Part shown: one piece after another, positions 10,754 to 20,516 of the stretch
How positions within the stretch are numbered: position 1 is the first letter of the stretch
Layout: every line of letters starts with the position of its first letter
Assembly: GCA_964651815.1 (NCBI GenBank)
Contig: CAZYWG010000001.1
Location: 129,189-193,188 of the forward strand
From: an uncultured Gammaproteobacteria bacterium
GTDB lineage: Bacteria; Patescibacteriota; Microgenomatia; Levybacterales; GWA1-39-11
Direction of reading: 5' to 3'
DNA length: 64,000 bases
Notes under the pieces: model-generated
Database searches by the model: none
The model's input: only the letters and a program-made list of their open reading frames with translations
Told to the model about the DNA's origin: nothing
Position numbers and translations under genes: made by a program

Positions 10754-12523
10754 TTAAGCTTTTAGTACTGCGAGGAAAGCTTCTTTTGGGACATTAACAC
10801 TTCCGATTGTTTTCATTTTCTTCTTTCCCTTTTTTTGTGCTTCAAGAAGCTTATCCTTACGGGTCCTATCTCCACCTGACATCTTTGCCAAAACATTTTT
10901 TGCGTATGGAGTTATTCTTTCACTCGCGATAATTCGTGATCCAACCTGTGCTCTTACAGATACCTCAAATTGATGCCGGGGAATTTCTTGAGCTAACGCT
11001 TTCACAATTCTTCGGGAAAAATCATCAGTTTCGCTTTTATGTACTACAAAACATAACTCGGGAATTATCTCGTGATTAACTGATACATCAACTTTTACCA
11101 AATCCGATTCTCGGAATTCACTAATTTCATAATCAAATGATGAAAATCCAGAAGAAATTGTTTTTAATTTGTCATAAAAATCGTAGATAACGTTTGCTAA
11201 CGGCATTTTAAATTCTATTTTAGTTTGATTTCCAAAATAGATGACATTATTTGTTTCGCCTCGTCTTTTGTGGACCACTTCAAGAACTGCACCCAAATAT
11301 TTTTCAGGCGTATATATTTCTCCCGTCACAAACGGTTCTTCAACTTTCTGATTTGAATTATCAAGATCTTTTGGGTTAGTTACACTTTTTCCGTCTACAA
11401 TGTATTCTATAGATGGAGGGGCCGCAAAAACTTCAACCCCTTCTTCTTTTTCTATTCTTTCAATAACTATTTGCGCATGAAGTAGACCTAAAAAGCCGCA
11501 CCTAAAACCCGGTCCAAAAATACTAGATTGCTCGGGAGTAATAGATAGAGCGGCATCATTAAGCTTTAGTCTATATAAAGCTTTTCTGAGATTTTGAAAA
11601 TCAGAAACAGTTGTTGGGTAAATACTTAAATATACAAACGGTTTTTGTTCTATGTATCTTCCTAAAGATTCTCCCTCGCCGCGCTCATTCAAAATTGTAT
11701 CCCCTACTTTTGCTTGTGTTATATCCTTAATATTTGTAATGATAAAACCTACCTCACCGTTTGTAAGCTCCTCAGAATACATATATGTTGGCTTCATAAA
11801 TCCAACTTGATTTACCAAAACTTTTGACCCGTCCGAGAAAAAAGTTAACGTGTCTCCTTTTTTAATTCTTCCTTGCTTTAATCTGACGTAGATTACAATT
11901 CCCCTATGCTCATCATAAATTGAATCAAAAATTAGGGCTTGGGTCGGGGAGTTAATGTCGCCCGTAGGTCCAGGAACTTTTTCAATAATTTGCTTTATTA
12001 ATTCCTGGATACCCTCCCCTGTCTTTGCCGAAATTCTTAGTATTTCATCTTTTTTATAACCAAAAGTATCAAATATATCTTGCTCTGTTTTTTCAATATT
12101 GGCTGTTGGCAAATCCACTTTGTTTATTACTGGTATAATAGCAAGTCCGAGCTTTGCGGCAAAATTATAATTTGCAACGGTTTGTGCTTGAACTCCTTTT
12201 GTTGCATCTACTAATAAAACTGCTCCATCGCACGCGTATAGTGTACGGACCACTTCGTAAGAAAAGTCAACATGTCCTGGAGTATCAATTAGATTTAGAA
12301 TAAACTTTTCCTCGTTCGCTTCAAAGTCCATTCTCACAGGTGCCAACTTGATTGTTATTCCATGCTCTCTTGAAATTGCGGAACTGTCTAAAAATTGCTC
12401 TTGATCCTTTATGTCTTGTTTTCTGATAGTTCCGGTTATTTCAAGCAACCGGTCAGCGAGTGTTGATTTGCCATGATCAACGTGCGCAATTATACAAAAA
12501 TTCCTGATATTGCTTTGATTCAT
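10754..12523 (-). CDS. lepA: Elongation factor 4 (LepA)
   Basis: IRNFCIIAHVDHGKSTLADR, DTPGHVDF, GFRCGFLGLLH, GGDRTRKDKLLE; ATG 12523 preferred (TATAAT 6 nt upstream). Confidence 0.97.
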   Translation of the reverse strand: MNQSNIRNFCIIAHVDHGKSTLADRLLEITGTIRKQDIKDQEQFLDSSAISREHGITIKLAPVRMDFEANEEKFILNLIDTPGHVDFSYEVVRTLYACDGAVLLVDATKGVQAQTVANYNFAAKLGLAIIPVINKVDLPTANIEKTEQDIFDTFGYKKDEILRISAKTGEGIQELIKQIIEKVPGPTGDINSPTQALIFDSIYDEHRGIVIYVRLKQGRIKKGDTLTFFSDGSKVLVNQVGFMKPTYMYSEELTNGEVGFIITNIKDITQAKVGDTILNERGEGESLGRYIEQKPFVYLSIYPTTVSDFQNLRKALYRLKLNDAALSITPEQSSIFGPGFRCGFLGLLHAQIVIERIEKEEGVEVFAAPPSIEYIVDGKSVTNPKDLDNSNQKVEEPFVTGEIYTPEKYLGAVLEVVHKRRGETNNVIYFGNQTKIEFKMPLANVIYDFYDKLKTISSGFSSFDYEISEFRESDLVKVDVSVNHEIIPELCFVVHKSETDDFSRRIVKALAQEIPRHQFEVSVRAQVGSRIIASERITPYAKNVLAKMSGGDRTRKDKLLEAQKKGKKKMKTIGSVNVPKEAFLAVLKA

Positions 12524-12564
12524 GTAAGAATTATACATCAAAAAGTTTCTTCCACTTGCAATTT

Positions 12565-12593
12565 TTGACATTTTGTCCTATCCTATATACATT
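12565..12593 (+). promoter_or_regulatory. Sigma70 promoter of purF
   Basis: TTGACA-17 nt-TACATT upstream of ATG 12610. Confidence 0.6.
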
Positions 12594-12609
12594 CTTATTC
12601 GCATTTTAA

Positions 12610-14067
12610 ATGCATAATAAAGATACAAAACAATATCCGGCTCCACTTCCACCCTTTGATATAAAACAGCAGCTTAAAGATACAATTCAGGAAAAATGTG
12701 GTGTTTTTGGAATATGGGGAAAGGACTTTGGTGCCTCTCAAATCGCCTATTATGGACTTTGGGCGCTTCAGCACAGAGGGCAAGAAGCAACTGGAATTAG
12801 TAGTACGGACGGCGAAAAATTATACACAAAAAAAGGGGAGGGTCTTGTAGCCCACGTTTATGCCGAAAAGGATTTAATTAAATTAAAGGGACATGCCGCA
12901 ATTGGACATAATCGCTATGGAACATCCGGTAATAAAAGGGTCGTCCATCCTCAACCCGCAACCGGTATAAGCGGTAAATTAGCCCTTGCCCACAACGGAA
13001 ATCTTTTTTCAACAAAAAAACTAGAAGAATTTTTTAGGAAAAATCATATCCAAGCACGAGGCTTAAATGACTCCGAAATGATGCAAAGAGCTTTAGAATT
13101 TGTTTTTACTAAAACAGGATCTTTGGAAAAAGCTGTTAGAACCTGCTTTCCGCTTTTCACAGGAACCTTCTGCTTATTACTCTTAACAAAAGATGAGCTC
13201 GTTGCAGTAAGAGATTCATTTGGAATTCGCCCACTTTGTCTTGGTAAACTCAACAAAGGGTATGTTGTTGCATCTGAAACTTGTGCACTGAACGCTGTCT
13301 ATGCAAAATACATAAGAGAAGTGTTACCCGGAGAAATGTTAGTAATAAATAAAAAGGGATTAAAGTCATACGGACTTGCAACGGGTACACAAAAACTTGA
13401 CGTTTTTGAATTTATATATTTTGCAAGACGCGATAGTGTTCTTCTTGGAAAAAGTGTTAATCAAATTAGAAGAAATTTGGGTATACAATTGGCCCGTGAA
13501 TGCAAAAATTTAAAAGCAGACCTTGTTATTCCAGTTCCTGACTCAGGAATTCCGGCAGCTCTTGGGTTTTCATGGCAAAGTGGAATTCCTTTTGACCATG
13601 GTTTTGTAAAAAATAGATATGTACATAGAACTTTTATTCGTCCTGTCCAGACGCATCGAGAAATTGGTGTTACATTAAAAATTAATCCACTTCCTCAAGT
13701 TCTTGGTGGGAAATCTATTGTTGTAGTGGACGATTCAATTGTTCGCGGCACTACAACTAAAAAAATTATTGCGATGCTTAAAAAAGCGGGGGCAAAAAAA
13801 GTTCATATGATGGTTTCATCCCCTCCAATTAAATATCCGGATTTTTATGGAATAGATACACCTGACCAAAAACAGTTAATCGCCGCGAATATGAATGTTG
13901 AGGCAATTAGAAAATATATTGGTGCAGATACGTTGCATTATCTATCATACGAAGGTTTATTTAATGCGATAGAACTTCCAGAACAAATGTTTTGTACAGC
14001 GCTTTTTACAGGAAACTATCCAATAGACATCATGGAGAAAAAAACCGAGGTCAATTTTGCAGTTTAA
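12610..14067 (+). CDS. purF: Amidophosphoribosyltransferase
   Basis: Propeptide then CGVFG, LQHRGQE, HNRYGT, HNGN, VPDSG, VVVDDSIVRGTT, FYGID. Confidence 0.97.
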   Translation: MHNKDTKQYPAPLPPFDIKQQLKDTIQEKCGVFGIWGKDFGASQIAYYGLWALQHRGQEATGISSTDGEKLYTKKGEGLVAHVYAEKDLIKLKGHAAIGHNRYGTSGNKRVVHPQPATGISGKLALAHNGNLFSTKKLEEFFRKNHIQARGLNDSEMMQRALEFVFTKTGSLEKAVRTCFPLFTGTFCLLLLTKDELVAVRDSFGIRPLCLGKLNKGYVVASETCALNAVYAKYIREVLPGEMLVINKKGLKSYGLATGTQKLDVFEFIYFARRDSVLLGKSVNQIRRNLGIQLARECKNLKADLVIPVPDSGIPAALGFSWQSGIPFDHGFVKNRYVHRTFIRPVQTHREIGVTLKINPLPQVLGGKSIVVVDDSIVRGTTTKKIIAMLKKAGAKKVHMMVSSPPIKYPDFYGIDTPDQKQLIAANMNVEAIRKYIGADTLHYLSYEGLFNAIELPEQMFCTALFTGNYPIDIMEKKTEVNFAV

Positions 14068-14702
14068 ATTGTTTTGATTACTGCATTGTCTCCCAAAACT
14101 TCAATCAGACCCTTATTTTCAGCTTTTTTAAGACGCGTGTAAAGAGATTCAACCGTATCGTTTTTTTTAACCGGGACAAATACCCGTTTTAAAACCGGTC
14201 CAAAATCCGCTTTTTCTGTAACAATATGAATTGAAGAAGCAGCTGTACTTAATGTTAAAAAATTTGTAACGGCAGCATCAGTTAACATTCCCTGATTCCA
14301 AGGAATTTCTGTTCCGTCTTCCAAACGGAAAACGCCATTTTCGTGGTCCGGTATGGCACCCGGATGAACGTTAATCGTTTTACCACGAAAAGTTTTAAAA
14401 AATGGTTTAGTCAAAATTCTATTAAATCCCGCGAGGATCGCGGCGTCTATTTTGTGTTTATTCAAAATTTCCGCAATTTCCTGACTGTATATATCTCTGA
14501 ACTTCTCTTTACTTGTTTCTTCAGGTTTTTGATAGGGCGTGACTTTAAAATCGATCTGTTTCTCTTTTGCAATTTTTACACCAGCCGCGTCTTCCCTATC
14601 AGCTATCACAAGTTTTATATAAAACCCGGCGCCAATCAATGCTCTAAGATTTGAACCGGTCCCTTTGTTTGAAACCAAAACCGCAAGTCTAACTTTGTTC
14701 AT
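14064..14702 (-). CDS. purN: Phosphoribosylglycinamide formyltransferase
   Basis: GTGSNL, LAGFNRIL, INVHPG, DFGPV; somewhat divergent. Confidence 0.85.
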   Translation of the reverse strand: MNKVRLAVLVSNKGTGSNLRALIGAGFYIKLVIADREDAAGVKIAKEKQIDFKVTPYQKPEETSKEKFRDIYSQEIAEILNKHKIDAAILAGFNRILTKPFFKTFRGKTINVHPGAIPDHENGVFRLEDGTEIPWNQGMLTDAAVTNFLTLSTAASSIHIVTEKADFGPVLKRVFVPVKKNDTVESLYTRLKKAENKGLIEVLGDNAVIKTI

Positions 14703-15808
14703 CTCAAATCAAGTGTATCAGAAGAATAAGTGAGGTTTTTGGGTTTTATGATAACTTGCTTTGGCCCTTTTTCAACGTATCCCGCGTCAATTGCTTGAAA
14801 TTTATTTTGGCGAACAATTTCTAGGGTTTTTTTAACTTCTTTTTGAGGTACAAAAATTACATAATCCTGGCCCATGTTATATGTTTGGTACATTTCATAA
14901 TCATCCAGGTTTGCATGCTTTTGAATAAATCCAAATATTTCCTGCGGCTTAAATATTTTTTCAACTATATATGTGAATGCCGGTTTTGCACGCATAATCT
15001 TTCTCATTCCATGTCCTGAGATATAATTCATATAATGAATATCAACATTTGCGTCAAGTAAATCTTCCACAAGTTTTGCATAAATATTACTTTTATTTAA
15101 AACTGCTTCTCCATAAATCTTTCCGCTAAGAAGTTTTGCACCGTACCCGCCTTTTACTCTTTTTGCAACTGCACGTGCTAAAGAAATTCCACTTGCGTTA
15201 ACTCCCTCGCTTTTAAGGAGAATTATTCTGTCTCCAGCTTTTAATTTTTTATCATGGATAAATCTTTTTGCAGGGCCTATTATTCCAACTGCTGAGCCTC
15301 CGAGATCAATTGTATTTGGAATAATAATTTGTTTAAGAGTTGGTGTCTCACCACCGCCCCAAGAAGCACCTGAAAGGTCACACGCTTTTTTCCAACCCGT
15401 AATTAAATCTTTCATCCGCGCTTCATCCGCAAGCCAATCATTATTCTCTATAGCCCAATATGCATGGACTGTCAGGGGTTTTGCGCCAACTGAAATTAAG
15501 TCATTAATAATGTAGGCGACAGTGTCATTTGCAATAACATCATAGTAAGTTTTTCCGGTAATTTTTCTTGTTTCATCAGCAACTAAATTTTTTGTACCAA
15601 GACCTTCAATCATTGTTGCCATATAAGTACTGCCTTGTTTCCAAACGTATGCTGATTCACCACGGCTCTCAGAAAGTTCTGAAAATCCACGTTTTTTTAG
15701 ATTTATTCCAGTCTTATATGCAGAGTTTTGAGCAAGTTTTTTGATGGGGTCTTTTGTTGAATAATTGTCTCCTACTTGGTAGGAAGTAATTGATTTTTGT
15801 TTTTTCAC
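14699..15808 (-). CDS. purM: AIR synthase (phosphoribosylformylglycinamidine cyclo-ligase)
   Basis: EGLGTK, NDL..VGAKP, GGGET, ISGHG, EMYQTYNMG. Confidence 0.9.
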   Translation of the reverse strand: MKKQKSITSYQVGDNYSTKDPIKKLAQNSAYKTGINLKKRGFSELSESRGESAYVWKQGSTYMATMIEGLGTKNLVADETRKITGKTYYDVIANDTVAYIINDLISVGAKPLTVHAYWAIENNDWLADEARMKDLITGWKKACDLSGASWGGGETPTLKQIIIPNTIDLGGSAVGIIGPAKRFIHDKKLKAGDRIILLKSEGVNASGISLARAVAKRVKGGYGAKLLSGKIYGEAVLNKSNIYAKLVEDLLDANVDIHYMNYISGHGMRKIMRAKPAFTYIVEKIFKPQEIFGFIQKHANLDDYEMYQTYNMGQDYVIFVPQKEVKKTLEIVRQNKFQAIDAGYVEKGPKQVIIKPKNLTYSSDTLDLR

Positions 15809-15812
15809 GATT

Positions 15813-16757
15813 TTAATTAAGATATTTGTTTAGTTCTGATGTTGCCACTGGAATTATACCAGGTTTATAAAATTGTAATGTTCCTGCTAAAATTCCTACT
15901 TTCACGGCTTCTAAAATGTTTGCGCCTTTACTTAAAGATGCAACTAGTCCCGCCATTGTCTGGTCTCCACAACCAGTTTCATTCATTGTCTTGGTTTTTT
16001 TGATTTTGGGAATCTTAATATGCTCCTGGTTATTCTTGTTAAAAAAATAAGCTCCGTTTTTTCCGTTTGTAATTAAAAGATTTTCAACATTTTTTGAAAG
16101 TAGTTTCCTTGCTGCTTTTTGTGCGGATGTAAAATCATTCACTTTTATACCTGTTAATATTTCAGCTTCGTGTTCGTTGGGTTTTAATAAAAAAAGCCTT
16201 TTATTCAAAACTTCTTTTGGATCATTAATATTGGATATTCCACCTGGTTCAATCAAAACTTTCGAATTATATTTATTTGCCATTTTAATAGCATACAAAT
16301 ATGTTTTTACTGGTTGTGTAAATTCAACTATAATGTATTCCGCTCGAGATACAATTCCTTCTGCTTTGTCTATATCTTCTTTTGAAAAATCTTGATTGGC
16401 TCCATGAACCACGTAAATAGTGTTTTCGCCGCTATTATTAACAGGTATTATGCCTATCCCGGGAAATTTTCCTTTTTCATCTACATCAACATAATCCGTA
16501 TTTACGCCTATTTTTTTAAGAGCTTTTATTGGAACTTCCCATAAACCGTATGGATCCTTACTACTTTTACCAATCATTGCAACAGTATTTTTAGAAGTGA
16601 GTACTCCTGTCATTTCCGCGATATTTCTTCCTTTTCCTCCAGCTCCGATCCTGAAATCCTTTGCATATACCATTTGTCCAGACTTTGGAAAATTATCAAA
16701 ACCAGATATGAATATATCGGTGTTCAAACTTCCTATAACAACTATTCTTCCATTCAT
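15813..16757 (-). CDS. Ribokinase-like PfkB kinase
   Basis: VVIGSLNTD, GGKGRN, PNEHEA, ETGCGD anion-hole motif. Confidence 0.85.
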   Translation of the reverse strand: MNGRIVVIGSLNTDIFISGFDNFPKSGQMVYAKDFRIGAGGKGRNIAEMTGVLTSKNTVAMIGKSSKDPYGLWEVPIKALKKIGVNTDYVDVDEKGKFPGIGIIPVNNSGENTIYVVHGANQDFSKEDIDKAEGIVSRAEYIIVEFTQPVKTYLYAIKMANKYNSKVLIEPGGISNINDPKEVLNKRLFLLKPNEHEAEILTGIKVNDFTSAQKAARKLLSKNVENLLITNGKNGAYFFNKNNQEHIKIPKIKKTKTMNETGCGDQTMAGLVASLSKGANILEAVKVGILAGTLQFYKPGIIPVATSELNKYLN

Positions 16758-16760
16758 ATT

Positions 16761-17537
16761 TTATGACTCTTTGGCAAACTTAATCATTCCTTCAAAAATA
16801 AAACCGCCTAGCGCTTTCACGTTTCCGCGTCTCCAGTTAGGATGCTGGGTTAAATCGACAATTTTTTCAGGATGTGGCATCAGTCCAATTATATGTCCAG
16901 TTGGGTCAGTAACACCGGCAATTGCGTTAAGCGCTCCATTGGGATTTTCAGGATATTTTTGGGTGGGGCTTCCGTGATCATCAACATATCTAACAAAAAC
17001 CAAATTCTCATTTTCAATAAGAGTCAGAGTATTATTATCTGTATAAAATTTCCCCTCTCCGTGATTAACCGCAATATCAACGATTTGCCCAACATAAGGC
17101 TTAAGACAAACCGCCCGCGAATCTTCAATTCTTACTTTGACAAAACGGCATTCAAAATGACCCGAATCATTATTTGTTAAAGTGACATCCATCTCTCCAA
17201 TATGGTTAAACGGAAGAAGCCCAGTTCTTACTAAAACCTGAAATCCATTGCATATTCCAATTACCTGGCTACCTTTGGTTACAAATTCTTCAAGTTGATT
17301 TCTTAAAAAAGATACCAGCTCAGTAGCAAGGATTTTTCCAGAGACTATATCGTCCCCATATGCAAATCCTCCTGGAATTGCAAGTATATTAAACTCTTTT
17401 AATTTGCGGCTTTTATCTCTGAGCTCATTAACGTGGATAAATTCACAATCTCCACCATACTTTTGAAAAGCGTAAGACAATTCTTCGTCACAATTTATTC
17501 CGTCTGCTCTTAAAATACAAACTTTTGGTTTAATCAT
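16761..17537 (-). CDS. purQ: FGAM synthase glutaminase subunit
   Basis: GINCDEE, PGGFAYGDD, GICNGFQ, MPHPE; ATG 17537 overlaps the purL stop (ATGA). Confidence 0.95.
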   Translation of the reverse strand: MIKPKVCILRADGINCDEELSYAFQKYGGDCEFIHVNELRDKSRKLKEFNILAIPGGFAYGDDIVSGKILATELVSFLRNQLEEFVTKGSQVIGICNGFQVLVRTGLLPFNHIGEMDVTLTNNDSGHFECRFVKVRIEDSRAVCLKPYVGQIVDIAVNHGEGKFYTDNNTLTLIENENLVFVRYVDDHGSPTQKYPENPNGALNAIAGVTDPTGHIIGLMPHPEKIVDLTQHPNWRRGNVKALGGFIFEGMIKFAKES

Positions 17538-20392
17538 GGGAAAAATTTCTGCATGGGTTCTTTCCATGCATTTTTGAGTGCATCGATATTTTCTTCAAAA
17601 AGATTTTTATTAGATTGGCCGACGGTTATAAAATTATTTTTCGTTGTTTTACCGACTATTTTGTACGGTACTTTCTTAAATAAGTTTCTGGCGACATTGC
17701 TGCTCTCGACTTCCACAATAAAGCAACCTGCCGTTTCATTGAATAAAAAGTTTTCGGCAATTTCTTTTTTTGGGATTTCAATATTTACGCCAACACCACC
17801 CCCAATACACATTTCAAAAATTGAAGTGATTAGACCGCCTTCTGAAACATCATGACATGCAAGGATTTTTCCGCTCTTTATTCCTTTATAAATTGAGGTA
17901 AATATGCGAGGTAAAGTTTTTAAATCAGCTCTTGGGACGTCTCCCCCAGAAATCATTAAGCTTTCTAAAAATACTGATCCTCCCATTGCATCCATGTGTT
18001 GCTTACCGACAAGACAAATGACTGAATCAGCTTTTTTAAAATCTGTTGTTGCCGTCTTTGCCACATCCGGAATCCTGCCGAATGCCGAGATACATAAAAC
18101 CGGAGGAATTTTTAAAATGAAATTATCTTTACCACGGTAAGTTGATGACAGACTGTCTTTTCCGGAAATGACAGGTGTTTTGAAAATTTTCATAAGATCG
18201 CAAACAGCATCAACTGATCGGTCGAGCGACCACAAAGATTCTTCATCAGGAAAAGGCCAAATGTAATTATTGATTAAAGATGCCTCACGATAATCTCCAC
18301 CCACTGCAACATAATTTGATAAAGCTTCAACGCCTGCCCAAATACTCCCCCAATACGGATCAATATTATTGAGAACTGGATTTAATCCATGAGAAACAAC
18401 CATACCGTATGGCTTATTTAAAATTGGACGAACAACAGACGCGTCATTCGGGGCATCAAGTTTCACTCCAGAAAAAGGCTGCACAACGCTTGTCCCTTGT
18501 ACAGTATGGTCATACAAACGGACAATAGGTTCTTTTGAGCAAATATTCCCAGATGACAGAACTTTTTTTAAAACGCTAACCCATTCACTTTTAGTTTTTA
18601 TTCGAATGGATTTACCTTGAACGCGTACCGAAGAGACGGGTTGAATGGGTTTTTTTGCAACCATTTTTCTTTGCGGAAGACCATTGTGTAAGAATCCCAT
18701 ATCAAGATCTGCCACAAGTTCTTTTCCATAATAAACTTCCAGTTTTTTATTTCCGGTAAAAACTCCTAGCTCTGAGAATTCAACATTATATTTTTTGCAA
18801 ATTTTGGCAAATGTTGTAATTTTATTTTTGGGAACTACAACAATCATCCTCTCTTGGGACTCAGAAAGCCAAATTTCCCAAGGGGAAAGTCCCGGGTATT
18901 TTAACCGTTCATTTTTAAGTTGGACTTTTACACCAGTCTCCTTGCCAATTTCTCCAATTGCAGAAGATAAACCACCTCCACCGCTATCTTGAAGTGCCCG
19001 TATTATTTCTTTATCTCTCGCTTCAATTATTGCATCAAACATTCTTTTTTCTTCGATCGCATTTCCTATCTGAACTGCCTGCGCGTTGACTGAGATAGTT
19101 TGGTGAGTCATTTCACCACTGGAAAAAGTTGCGCCGTGAATTCCGTCGCGGCCAACTCTTCCACCCACGCTTATAACTTTATCTCCGACAACGGGCTTTC
19201 CAATCTTTGCGAGTTTTTTTGGTAAAATCCCATATGCGCCAACAAGCACCGTAGGTTTTGCGCGGAAGTCATCATGAAAATGAAATGAACCGTTGTTGGT
19301 TGGAATTCCCATACGGTTGCCGTAATCGCGAACCGCAGCGACAACACGTTTCAGCATATAATCAGGTGCAAGACATCCGGGTGGAAGAATTGATTTTGGC
19401 ATAGTAGGTAGCGCAAGACAAAAAATGTCAGTTGAAACAAGAGTTTTTGCGCCTTGTCCAGTTGCAACAATATCCCTAAACACTCCGCCGGATCCGGTCA
19501 TAGCTCCTCCGTATGGCTCAATTGCCGAAGGGCTGTTGTGAGTTTCCGCCTTTCCGCAAATTGCCCATCCATCATAAAAATCTGTAACCCCCGAATTATC
19601 AACAAATGCTGAGACAATAAGTTTTTTGTGTTTTAAAGCTTCTTTTTGAATTCTTTTAATTAAGGGCTCCTTTGCTTTGCCATCAACAGTGAGCTTTGCC
19701 CTAAATGTCTTGTGTCCCGAATGTTCACTCCAAGTTTGCGCCAACGTCTCAACTTCACAATCTGTTGGATCCCGCTTAATTTTCTCAAAATAAGCCTGAA
19801 TTACTTTCATCTCTGTAAGATTTAAGAAAAGCTTTCCACGCGAGAGTTGAACAAGCTCCTCATCATTCATTTTGCGGATTTTAATAACTTTTGTTTTTCC
19901 AACAATTCCAGTTATCTGAAGTGTTTTTGGTGCTTTTTCAACTATTTGTTCAATCAGCTTGTTGTACAAATTAAGCTTGTTAATATTATCGACAGCGTTT
20001 TTCTTGTTTGCACCAAAAAGGTAATATTCTGTGCTTGCATCGGCTGCTTTGAGTTTAACGTTAAGATCCCGAGCCGCCTTCATAATTGATGCCACCTCAG
20101 GATTCATAACTCCCGGCTTATAGGCAATCTCAATAACTGCAGACTCTGTCTTTGCGAGACCGAAGGTCGAAGCAATCTCTTTTTGGGAGTTTAATGAATA
20201 GATTTGATTTATTTTTTCGCAAAATAATTTTTCTGCTAAAATCTTGGCTGCTTTTTGATCAATTCCTTCAAGCCTATAAACTCGTGCTGTCCTAACATTT
20301 GCTATTTTAGGGTTTTTTAAATCTTGCTTTACGTTGAGGCCTTTTGTGTCGTCTCGGGCTAGAGCCTGTATTACACGAATTGTTTGAATCAT
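17534..20392 (-). CDS. purL: FGAM synthase synthetase subunit with N-terminal PurS-like domains
   Basis: QTWSEHSGHKTF, ETHNSPSAIEPYGGA, GRDGIHGA, LSESQERM, SGKDSL, HDVSEGG. Confidence 0.95.
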   Translation of the reverse strand: MIQTIRVIQALARDDTKGLNVKQDLKNPKIANVRTARVYRLEGIDQKAAKILAEKLFCEKINQIYSLNSQKEIASTFGLAKTESAVIEIAYKPGVMNPEVASIMKAARDLNVKLKAADASTEYYLFGANKKNAVDNINKLNLYNKLIEQIVEKAPKTLQITGIVGKTKVIKIRKMNDEELVQLSRGKLFLNLTEMKVIQAYFEKIKRDPTDCEVETLAQTWSEHSGHKTFRAKLTVDGKAKEPLIKRIQKEALKHKKLIVSAFVDNSGVTDFYDGWAICGKAETHNSPSAIEPYGGAMTGSGGVFRDIVATGQGAKTLVSTDIFCLALPTMPKSILPPGCLAPDYMLKRVVAAVRDYGNRMGIPTNNGSFHFHDDFRAKPTVLVGAYGILPKKLAKIGKPVVGDKVISVGGRVGRDGIHGATFSSGEMTHQTISVNAQAVQIGNAIEEKRMFDAIIEARDKEIIRALQDSGGGGLSSAIGEIGKETGVKVQLKNERLKYPGLSPWEIWLSESQERMIVVVPKNKITTFAKICKKYNVEFSELGVFTGNKKLEVYYGKELVADLDMGFLHNGLPQRKMVAKKPIQPVSSVRVQGKSIRIKTKSEWVSVLKKVLSSGNICSKEPIVRLYDHTVQGTSVVQPFSGVKLDAPNDASVVRPILNKPYGMVVSHGLNPVLNNIDPYWGSIWAGVEALSNYVAVGGDYREASLINNYIWPFPDEESLWSLDRSVDAVCDLMKIFKTPVISGKDSLSSTYRGKDNFILKIPPVLCISAFGRIPDVAKTATTDFKKADSVICLVGKQHMDAMGGSVFLESLMISGGDVPRADLKTLPRIFTSIYKGIKSGKILACHDVSEGGLITSIFEMCIGGGVGVNIEIPKKEIAENFLFNETAGCFIVEVESSNVARNLFKKVPYKIVGKTTKNNFITVGQSNKNLFEENIDALKNAWKEPMQKFFP
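18611..18649 (+). repeat. Degenerate REP-like hairpin inside purL (in frame, encodes PIQPVSSVRVQGK)
   Basis: tttaccttgaacgcgtaccgaagagacgggttgaatggg; imperfect palindrome. Confidence 0.4.
20147..20179 (+). repeat. xGTC-tagged REP/RPE-like hairpin in frame in purL (encodes EIASTFGLAKT)
   Basis: tgtct-TTGC-GA-GACC-GAA-GGTC-GAA-GCAA-tctc, 33 nt = 11 codons. Confidence 0.7.
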
Positions 20393-20398
20393 AAAAGA

Positions 20399-20427
20399 AG
20401 AATAAATAACGTCATTCTCATTTTCAA
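20399..20427 (-). promoter_or_regulatory. Leaderless-type sigma70 promoter of the purL operon
   Basis: TTGAAA-17 nt-TATTCT-6 nt-ATG. Confidence 0.7.
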
Positions 20428-20516
20428 CGTTTTATGTATATATTATTTTTCCCGCAAAATCAACACTATTTACTCCTTGCCATATTCAATAAATTATTAT
20501 AAGATATACTTTCTCT

